Source: Candidatus Omnitrophota bacterium
Lineage (GTDB): Bacteria > Omnitrophota > Gorgyraeia > Gygaellales > Profunditerraquicolaceae
Length of the DNA: 36,851 nucleotides
Reading direction: 5' to 3'
NCBI GenBank assembly: GCA_020058085.1
Contig: JAGVER010000015.1
Span: 1 to 36,851 of the forward strand
Part shown: in pieces, positions 30,451-36,851 of the stretch
How positions within the stretch are numbered: the first letter of the stretch is position 1
Layout: every line of letters starts with the position of its first letter
Position numbers and translations under genes: made by a program
Notes under the pieces: model-generated
Told to the model about the DNA's origin: nothing
The model's input: only the letters and a program-made list of their open reading frames with translations
The model's database searches: none

Positions 30451-30903
30451 CTATTTAGCTAGCTTACGATATCCAATAAATATAAGCACTACAAAAGCAA
30501 CTAATAATGATAAAAATCTCATCCAATCTTGGAGTGCAGACCAATAAAACATATAGCCCTCGGTTAAAGAGAAAATTCCTCCAAACATAAGACCTGTTCC
30601 TATTGCCTGGATGGGAACAATGGCACCAATAATGATGCAAATTATACCTACTGGAACAGCTACAAAGAAAAGTGTTCTCTGGAAAATCTTTTCTTTTTCA
30701 CGCCATATCCTATCTTTTTCTTTTCTTTCTTTATCTATCTTCGCCCTTTCTTCAGGAGTGGCCTTATCGTATCGTTGGTAAGAGTAGCTGTCGTAACGAT
30801 CTTGCCATTTAGGTGCAGGGCTGAATGTACTAACCCCATAGTGAACCAACATAGGTAAAATTATTGCAATACCAAACCCTAAAGCAAATTTCTTTGCAAG
30901 CAT
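30451..30903 (-). CDS. Hypothetical membrane protein (4 TM helices)
   Basis: Hydrophobic helices, charged periplasmic helix, GLMFGG; GGAGG RBS. Confidence 0.75.
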   Translation of the reverse strand: MLAKKFALGFGIAIILPMLVHYGVSTFSPAPKWQDRYDSYSYQRYDKATPEERAKIDKERKEKDRIWREKEKIFQRTLFFVAVPVGIICIIIGAIVPIQAIGTGLMFGGIFSLTEGYMFYWSALQDWMRFLSLLVAFVVLIFIGYRKLAK

Positions 30904-30924
30904 TTTCCCTCCTTTTTAATAAAT

Positions 30925-31392
30925 CTAAAGATTCTTTAGCATCTGTTCAATGACCTGAATATGCGACTTTTCAACGCAACTTAACTTCCTTAATACAACT
31001 AATAGCGGAAGACTCTCTGTATTACCGATCAGTTGTTTACAAAAATGGCTATAGAAATCGAATGCAGATTTTTCTCTTACTAAAGCAAGATTCAATGCTT
31101 CTTCGGCCCCCTTAGGCTTACTATACTTTTCTTTAGTTTCATACTTCATAATTCTTCTTATTTGAATTTCTGCATTACATTTCTCATTATCCAACATTCT
31201 TCGAATACCCCTAATATGAGCTTTTTCGGAATCACGTAACTTTCTTAAAGTAGATACCAAACTAAAATTTTTTTTATCTTTCAATAACTGATTATAGAAT
31301 TTATATGAATCTATTTCTTTTTGTAATGCAATCCCTAAAGCATCTCTAGCTGTATAAGGTTTAGAATATTTAGCTTTCTTAATATATTTCAT
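30925..31392 (-). CDS. Ferritin-like/rubrerythrin-family protein made of two duplicated halves
   Basis: Two A-x-x-x-A-L-x-x-E...FY...ExxH units; start placed at MKYIKK behind an AAGGGGGA RBS. Confidence 0.75.
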   Translation of the reverse strand: MKYIKKAKYSKPYTARDALGIALQKEIDSYKFYNQLLKDKKNFSLVSTLRKLRDSEKAHIRGIRRMLDNEKCNAEIQIRRIMKYETKEKYSKPKGAEEALNLALVREKSAFDFYSHFCKQLIGNTESLPLLVVLRKLSCVEKSHIQVIEQMLKNL

Positions 31393-31429
31393 TATCCCCC
31401 TTGCACAATAAGTACACACCAGCAAATCC

Positions 31430-31471
31430 GCCCAGAATGGGCGCACTTAGCGATCATTTAAGCCAAGGTGC
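31430..31471 (-). repeat. 42-nt two-hairpin motif, copy 1 (nested within a larger 31405-31496 stem)
   Basis: GCAC-C-TTGGCT-TAAATGAT-CGCTAA-GTGC-GCCC-ATTCT-GGGC. Confidence 0.7.
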
Positions 31472-31503
31472 GATAATAAGGCCGGGTGCTTATTGTTTAT
31501 AAT

Positions 31504-31612
31504 TTTATACTTTCGCGGCCAAAAACATTGCCTTTTAAGGCAAGGATGGATAATGGCCGCTCAAGTATTTCGCTTCAAGAAACCGCGGGCTTTAGCCCGC
31601 GGAGCTTCATTT
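31504..31612. mobile_element. Full copy of the IS200/IS605-end-like mini-element (no ORF)
   Basis: Near-identical to 1-99; outer ATACT-TTC-GCGGCCA / TGGCCGC-TCA-AGTAT stem plus two TTTA-loop hairpins. Confidence 0.75.
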
Positions 31613-31621
31613 AAGTTTCAG

Positions 31622-31981
31622 TTACAATTTAGGTAATACGAATTGATTTATTTTTTCCCTATCCTCTTTGCTTATAGAGACAAATTCTACACCGATTTCA
31701 TATGCTTTACTAGAGCTTGAAGTGCCCACCATAGATTCTTTTGACCAAACTGCTCTACCGGTTGCAGAGATCGATTCCTTTGAACCTGGCAGCAAAAACT
31801 TAAGGTCCAGCATAGTATAAGGATTTAGCCTTTCAAAAGCAACAATACGTATTCCAATTTCACTTATATCTTTGCTTAGTATCATCGGATCCGGTACTTT
31901 CTCTGGCGAAGATATTATTTTATAGTCTACCTTTACGTTAAGAGAAACCCTGGGAAAAGCCCTTTTTTCATCAAATGCCAT
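31622..31981 (-). CDS. PilZ domain protein
   Basis: EKRAFPR and DISEIG c-di-GMP motifs, GRAVW, IGVEF; AGGAGG RBS. Confidence 0.88.
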   Translation of the reverse strand: MAFDEKRAFPRVSLNVKVDYKIISSPEKVPDPMILSKDISEIGIRIVAFERLNPYTMLDLKFLLPGSKESISATGRAVWSKESMVGTSSSSKAYEIGVEFVSISKEDREKINQFVLPKL

Positions 31982-32143
31982 AAGCCCTCCTTTTTGTATA
32001 TTTTACTCCAAATAAAAACCCTCAACAAGCATTATTCTTGTAGAGGGCTCATCATTAATAACTAACATGGGAAAAAACATATCATTTTTTCCAACTAAAG
32101 ACCATTTGTGATATATTCTATTACAAAGGGTTAAGAAGAGAAC

Positions 32144-32168
32144 AAAAAATCCGCTCTTTAAGCGGATT
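32144..32168 (-). terminator. Terminator resembling the tRNA terminator
   Basis: AATCCGCT-TAAAG-AGCGGATT-TTTTG. Confidence 0.7.
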
Positions 32169-32185
32169 AATTGGTTGCTGATAAA

Positions 32186-32284
32186 TTATTTATGGAATAC
32201 CTCCTTAAGGATTACATTTGCAATATTCTCAGCTAAAAGTATGTTTCCTTTGTCAGTGCAATGCCCAAATTCACCACCGAACTC
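32186..32284 (-). pseudogene. C-terminal remnant of an SGNH/GDSL-like protein
   Basis: Manual translation EFGGEFGHCTDKGNILLAENIANVILKEVFHK-stop; no in-frame ATG before an upstream stop. Confidence 0.55.
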
Positions 32285-32395
32285 TTGCCCGTATCTAATG
32301 TAACTAAATAAGCATATAAATATGCTCTTCCTGCTTCCAGCACTATAAGAATAAAATATTGAATTTAATTATAGCACTCGATGAGCATAAAACAA

Positions 32396-32425
32396 CAAAA
32401 AACCCGCTCTTTTATAAGCGGGTTT
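32396..32425 (-). terminator. Terminator of tRNA-fMet
   Basis: AAACCCGCT-TATAAAAG-AGCGGGTTT-TTTG. Confidence 0.8.
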
Positions 32426-32474
32426 CTGTATCAATTGCGGGGCTGAGATTTGAACTCAGGACCTCAAGGTTATG

Positions 32475-32755
32475 CTTACTACTTCAGCTTGCGCTGCTCC
32501 ACCACAAAACTTGACGGATTCGTAGTCTGGACTATATCTTGACCCTTAATTAAAAGGGCCCCTGCCGTCTAGTCTCTACACCTTTCCGTAACAAATCTTA
32601 ACGGACTTGGCTCGGTATTACCTCACATTAAGAAGGCACCCAAACATAAAGGATTGTTTGGTGCCCACTCTCTGTGGGGCTTCACCGAATTTGACAGGTT
32701 ATCCTTCAATCGTTACCGACTGAAGAGCCCATTAGACAACAAAAATTGTCCATTG
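32475..32755 (-). ncRNA. Group I self-splicing intron (IC3-like), 281 nt, no homing endonuclease ORF
   Basis: P AAATTCGGTGAA, Q AATACCGAGCC, R GTAGAGACTAG, S AAGATATAGTCC; exon ends in U paired to G of the IGS ATGGGCT; terminal G. Confidence 0.92.
32636..32677 (+). repeat. 42-nt two-hairpin motif, copy 2 (antisense inside the intron P5 region)
   Basis: GCAC-C-CAAACA-TAAAGGAT-TGTTTG-GTGC-CCAC-TCTCT-GTGG. Confidence 0.7.
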
Positions 32756-32855
32756 AGCCTTGCGAGCTACCAGGCTGCTCCACCCCGCGATTATTTTTTA
32801 AAACAAGAAAATCGTTAATATTATAACACAATTTCTATATTAGCAAACTAAATAA

Positions 32856-33140
32856 TTACCTTTTGTTCTTCTCCGGAATTATCTTAATCGGAATTTCACC
32901 TTTTCTAACTACTCCCATCTTCTCCCGGGCAATTCTCTCCTGATAAACCGGATCGTTTTCTATTCTTTTCAGTTCCTGCTGTAACAAAGCATTCTCTACG
33001 TTCAGACGCCTAATCTTGTCTTCCAAATCAATATTCTTATCCCTTAACCCCTGCAGTTTAGCAAATCCCGGGATAAACAATACCAGGATAAAAGCCGTAA
33101 CCCCAAAAGACCAGAATGCTTTTTTTAATGTGGCTAACAT
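32856..33140 (-). CDS. ftsB: Septum formation initiator FtsB/DivIC
   Basis: TM helix, leucine zipper, ERIAREKMGVVRKGE; downstream of eno. Confidence 0.85.
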   Translation of the reverse strand: MLATLKKAFWSFGVTAFILVLFIPGFAKLQGLRDKNIDLEDKIRRLNVENALLQQELKRIENDPVYQERIAREKMGVVRKGEIPIKIIPEKNKR

Positions 33141-33143
33141 CTG

Positions 33144-34409
33144 CTATTTACTTAAAGAAACATCGGCATAAACTGCCTTAGGCCCCAGCCCTTCTTCAAT
33201 CCTCAAAAGTTCGTTATACTTACAAATCCTGTCCGTACGCGAAAGCGAGCCGGTCTTAATCTGGCCGCAACCGCAAGCTACCGCCAGATGAGCAATAGTA
33301 GTATCCTCTGTCTCGCCTGAGCGATGAGAGATAATTGCCTTATATTTATTCTTTTTGGCAATATTTATTGCCTCTATCGTCTCGGAGAGCGAACCAATCT
33401 GGTTAACTTTTATCAGTATAGCATTACCAATTTTCTCCGCAATCCCTTTCTTAAATATCTTAGGATTAGTCACGAATATATCGTCACCGACTAATTGGAC
33501 CCTATCGCCCAACTTATTAGTCATCTCCTGCCAACCTGACCAATCATGCTCGGAAAGCCCGTCTTCGATAGAAAGAATCGGATACTTGCTTAACCAACCT
33601 TCATAAATCTGGATCAGATCAGCAGAATTCTTTTCCGCGCCATCAAAGCTATACTTACCATCATTGCAAAATGAACTTGCCGCGCAATCCAGAGCTAAAG
33701 AAAGATCTTTGCCCGGTTTATACCCGGCTTTATCAATCGCCTGAATGATTAAATCCAGAGCTTCTTGATTAGAGGTAAGATTAGGAGCGAATCCGCCTTC
33801 ATCTCCAACGGAAGTGGAGAGTTTCTTAGATTTAAGCAAAGACTTTAAATTATGGAAGACTTCGGCAGCCATGCGCAAAGCTTCGTGAAAAGTTGGCGCA
33901 CCAACCGGCATAATCATAAATTCCTGAATATCCAGATTATTATCCGCGTGTAACCCGCCGTTTAAGATATTCATTAAAGGCACAGGTAAGATTCTGGCCT
34001 TTTCACCACCCAAGAATTTATATAAAGGCTGTTTCTTAGAGATCGCTGCGGCTTTAGCTACGGCCATAGATACGCCCAAAATTGCATTAGCGCCAAAATT
34101 AGCTTTATTCTCCGTGCCATCTGCTTTTATAAGTAGTGAGTCTATTTTATTAAAATCAGGAACAAGGCCCTTTACCTTTGACGCGATTACAGTATTAACA
34201 TTATTAACCGCTTTCAATACACCTTTGCCTAAATACCTCTTTTTATCGCCGTCTCTTAACTCCAGAGCTTCATTATCTCCAGTCGAAGCACCTGATGGGA
34301 CTGCCGCCCGCCCTAGAACACCATTCTCTAAGATCACATCTACCTCTACTGTTGGATTTCCACGGGAATCCAGAATCTCACGGGCTAATACTTTCTTAAT
34401 CTTGACCAT
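33144..34409 (-). CDS. eno: Enolase
   Basis: [44 protein letters not shown]; start placed at MVKIKK behind AAGGAG. Confidence 0.97.
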   Translation of the reverse strand: MVKIKKVLAREILDSRGNPTVEVDVILENGVLGRAAVPSGASTGDNEALELRDGDKKRYLGKGVLKAVNNVNTVIASKVKGLVPDFNKIDSLLIKADGTENKANFGANAILGVSMAVAKAAAISKKQPLYKFLGGEKARILPVPLMNILNGGLHADNNLDIQEFMIMPVGAPTFHEALRMAAEVFHNLKSLLKSKKLSTSVGDEGGFAPNLTSNQEALDLIIQAIDKAGYKPGKDLSLALDCAASSFCNDGKYSFDGAEKNSADLIQIYEGWLSKYPILSIEDGLSEHDWSGWQEMTNKLGDRVQLVGDDIFVTNPKIFKKGIAEKIGNAILIKVNQIGSLSETIEAINIAKKNKYKAIISHRSGETEDTTIAHLAVACGCGQIKTGSLSRTDRICKYNELLRIEEGLGPKAVYADVSLSK

Positions 34410-34421
34410 TTTATTCTCCTT

Positions 34422-34463
34422 GCCCAGAAAGGGCACACCGACCTATCCTTTAAGGCCGGGTGT
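34422..34463 (-). repeat. 42-nt two-hairpin motif, copy 3 (eno 5' UTR, abutting the RBS)
   Basis: ACAC-C-CGGCCT-TAAAGGAT-AGGTCG-GTGT-GCCC-TTTCT-GGGC then AAGGAG. Confidence 0.7.
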
Positions 34464-34502
34464 CATGATTAATTTTTTAGAATTTGTAAAACCAGGAAAC
34501 AT

Positions 34503-34530
34503 ATTATACACAACACCAATATACAGTCAA
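34503..34530 (-). promoter_or_regulatory. Putative eno promoter
   Basis: TTGACT-16 nt-TATAAT. Confidence 0.6.
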
Positions 34531-34612
34531 GGAATAAGTTGAGCTCCTTGAGGTTTTGTCTAGCGAAATCCTTGGTCGAACGTTAGATGAGACCAAGGAG
34601 TGCTCAAATAGT

Positions 34613-34641
34613 TTGACATAAAGTAAAAGTTGTGATAACTT
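34613..34641 (+). promoter_or_regulatory. Putative promoter of the FtsH-like gene
   Basis: TTGACA-17 nt-TAACTT with extended -10 TG. Confidence 0.55.
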
Positions 34642-34660
34642 TATCTCTTGAGGTGAAAAA

Positions 34661-36355
34661 ATGAATTTACGAAAAGTAAAAGTATTTTTAAGGTTACACT
34701 GGATAGGCGTTGTTTCGATAACCTTATTGATTATTATTGGCATTTCCTTCGTCTTCTTCCTACAAGCTGCTATTACTGCCTGGACTACTTCAGAATCATA
34801 TTTTAAAAAATCCGCCCTTGCCCAATATGGCATGTTCTTCTATATATTTCTAGTTTTACATATTATCAGCATGCCTTTAAGTGTAGTGGCGATGCTCTGG
34901 ACTATGCGCGGTGGATATATGAGTTTTACTAAAATGGGTAAAAAAGCAGTTAAGGGAGCAGATATTCGCATAGGCTGGAATGACGTTATCGGCATGGATG
35001 AAGCCAAAGAAGAAGCCATGGAAGTAGTGCGCTTGGTGACTGACCGCGCCCACCTTCAGCGTATCGGAGGAAAAATCTTAAAAGGCATATTAATGATGGG
35101 GCCTCCGGGCTGCGGTAAAACCTATCTTGCCAAAGCCATTGCCACCGAAGCAAACCTTCCTTTTATAGCTATGTCCGGTTCGGAATTTATTGAAATGTTT
35201 GTAGGCGTAGGCGCAAGCCGCATACGTAAACTCTTTAAACAAGCACAGCAGCTAGCTTACATTGAAGGCGGTTGCATCATCTTTATAGACGAACTTGATG
35301 CTGTAGGCTCCCAGCGTTCAGCAGGAGGTTTCGGCGGCCAGAGAGAAGCTAATTCCACACTAAATCAGCTCTTGGTTGAAATGGATGGCCTAAAAGATAA
35401 AGAACATAATATCGTTATCATCGGCGCGACTAACGCGCCAGAATCTTTCCTTGACCGGGCGTTATTAAGGCCCGGAAGATTTGACCGTAAATTTTACGTC
35501 CAGCTCCCTAATCTAGAAGAACGCGCAAAGTTGGTTCAATATTATTTAAAAGGCGTTAAATACGACCCTGCCATTGACGTAGCACGGCTGGCCAGATTAA
35601 CCGTAGGAAACAGCCCCGCAGATATCGCAAACCTAATTCGAGAAGCAACATTGATTGCCGTAAGAAACCATAAAGAACAAATCTCGATGAAGGAATTTAC
35701 CGAAGCTTACGATCGGGTAGAGATGGGCATCAAACACAAAGTAGTATTCAATGAAGATGAACGAAGAAAAATCGCCTACCATGAAGCAGGGCACGCTATT
35801 GCTATGTATTTCCTGGCTCCTCATTCAGATGTCTTTAAAGCCACAATTCTGGCGCGGGGCGGGGCATTGGGCTTTGTCATGCCACAGCCTCGTGAAGAAT
35901 TGCACATAGGAACCAAAGAACAATTCCTGGGCAACATTAAAGTGAGTCTTGGCTCTTACGCCGCAGAAAAACTAAAGTTTAACACCACCACTTCCGGAGT
36001 AGGCCAGGATTTTAATCATGCTATGCAAAACGCTTATAATATGGTTTGGAGATGGGGCATGGGCAGCTCCGGCCTAGTGGGAGATTATACATTACTCGAA
36101 ACAATGCGCGAGGATTATGGATCGTTTCGAGGCGAGAAATCTTCCTTCCTCTCTGAAAAATTAAAAGAGCAGTTGAGCGCTGATGTGCAGCAAATCCTAA
36201 ATACTTGCCTTAAAGAAGTAGAAGAACTTTTGAGAAATGAGTCCGATCTTCTTGACCGCTTTGCGCAAGAACTACTTGCCAAAGATGAACTCAATTATGA
36301 TGAAATCGAAGCCATCTTTAAAGAATTTAACAAAATCCGTCCTGCTATCCGTTAG
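34661..36355 (+). CDS. FtsH-family AAA+ zinc metalloprotease with short periplasmic region
   Basis: Two TM helices, [38 protein letters not shown]. Confidence 0.92.
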   Translation: MNLRKVKVFLRLHWIGVVSITLLIIIGISFVFFLQAAITAWTTSESYFKKSALAQYGMFFYIFLVLHIISMPLSVVAMLWTMRGGYMSFTKMGKKAVKGADIRIGWNDVIGMDEAKEEAMEVVRLVTDRAHLQRIGGKILKGILMMGPPGCGKTYLAKAIATEANLPFIAMSGSEFIEMFVGVGASRIRKLFKQAQQLAYIEGGCIIFIDELDAVGSQRSAGGFGGQREANSTLNQLLVEMDGLKDKEHNIVIIGATNAPESFLDRALLRPGRFDRKFYVQLPNLEERAKLVQYYLKGVKYDPAIDVARLARLTVGNSPADIANLIREATLIAVRNHKEQISMKEFTEAYDRVEMGIKHKVVFNEDERRKIAYHEAGHAIAMYFLAPHSDVFKATILARGGALGFVMPQPREELHIGTKEQFLGNIKVSLGSYAAEKLKFNTTTSGVGQDFNHAMQNAYNMVWRWGMGSSGLVGDYTLLETMREDYGSFRGEKSSFLSEKLKEQLSADVQQILNTCLKEVEELLRNESDLLDRFAQELLAKDELNYDEIEAIFKEFNKIRPAIR

Positions 36356-36851
36356 CTTATCCTCTCTTCTTATATCTGGTTGCTCTTACCCAAATGAGCC
36401 AACCTATAAAGAAAAAGACATTCCTGATATTATAAAAAAGATCTGCAAAGATGAATATGGCCTTGATGTAACCACCCAAAGAACGGCTAATACCTTATGG
36501 GTTTACGCACCAGTAGATCAAATCCTTCATAAAGATTACGGAAAAGATCAAAATAAAATATTTGACGAGAAAATGGTTGATAAACTAAGAAATATCCTGA
36601 TCACCATAGGCAGGGTATTAATTAGTTCGGATAATACCCCTCAATTCTTCGCCCTTCTTGTCTCGGATATCAATTTAGGGATAGACTATACAATTAGCGG
36701 AAATATATTAGATATAAAAAAGAGCTACGCCGCATTCATACCCGAAGAAGAATCAAACCGCAGGTATGTAGTAAAATTTTCATCTTCACCTGAAGCTATA
36801 GGCGACAAGACAGGATTTCATTTTATTCCATATGACATAACTATAAGCGAA
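36300..36851 (+). CDS. Putative lipoprotein, partial (runs off the window)
   Basis: Manual translation [34 protein letters not shown]..., lipobox-like; open to the window end; overlaps the ftsH-like 3' end. Confidence 0.65.
   Translation, partial: MKSKPSLKNLTKSVLLSVSLSSLLISGCSYPNEPTYKEKDIPDIIKKICKDEYGLDVTTQRTANTLWVYAPVDQILHKDYGKDQNKIFDEKMVDKLRNILITIGRVLISSDNTPQFFALLVSDINLGIDYTISGNILDIKKSYAAFIPEEESNRRYVVKFSSSPEAIGDKTGFHFIPYDITISE

Larger units (their letters stand above)
32435..32789 (-). tRNA. Initiator tRNA-fMet(CAT) split by a group I intron; exons 32789-32756 and 32474-32435; CCA not encoded
   Basis: Spliced sequence CGCGGGGTGGAGCAGCCTGGTAGCTCGCAAGGCT^CATAACCTTGAGGTCCTGAGTTCAAATCTCAGCCCCGCAA; C1xA72 mismatch, A11-U24. 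Confidence 0.95.

Noticed and set aside
31393-31446. N-terminal 18 aa of the 173-aa ORF
   Set aside because: Lies in the structured leader; a better ATG with RBS is at 31392
32010-32140. Fluoride or c-di-GMP riboswitch upstream of the PilZ gene
   Set aside because: Only vague resemblance; I could not place the conserved aptamer nucleotides
29760-32430. Integron cassette array
   Set aside because: No integrase and no convincing RYYYAAC/GTTRRRY attC boxes around the hairpins
32475-32755. Homing endonuclease in the intron
   Set aside because: The 281-nt intron is fully accounted for by ribozyme core and short peripheral hairpins
34114-34833. ORFs 34114-34542(+) and 34504-34833(-)
   Set aside because: Antisense to eno and the ftsH-like gene and crossing promoter regions; no motifs

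Overview
AT-rich bacterial chromosomal window with nearly all genes on the minus strand; gene content and style suggest Candidatus Omnitrophota or a PVC relative, which is inference only. Left to right it holds: a nucleotide-sugar/surface-glycan cluster (DegT aminotransferase, acyltransferase, WecC-like dehydrogenase, CDP-paratose-epimerase-like, rmlB, a eukaryote-type NRS/ER epimerase-reductase, rmlA, SemiSWEET); housekeeping genes (tyrS, rpsA, phosphohexomutase, rpe, nadD, proAB, obgE, rplU without rpmA, rng); a type IV pilus locus (pilMNOPQ, two minor pilins, a TMTC-like GT-C/TPR protein, major pilin); a GH94 phosphorylase; a small accessory island (two PilZ proteins, ferritin-like protein, SGNH remnant) beside an initiator tRNA-fMet interrupted by a 281-nt group I intron; then ftsB, eno and a divergent FtsH-like protease followed by a partial lipoprotein gene. 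The most unusual signals are (i) a 42-nt two-hairpin motif in three copies with covarying stems and conserved loops, one of them antisense inside the intron, (ii) several palindromic mini-element families, including an IS200/IS605-end-like element, some translated in frame inside proteins, (iii) a 53/54-nt tandem-GA hairpin triplet in the rplU leader, and (iv) a TMTC-like glycosyltransferase embedded among pilin genes. All calls come from reading the sequence; no searches were run.
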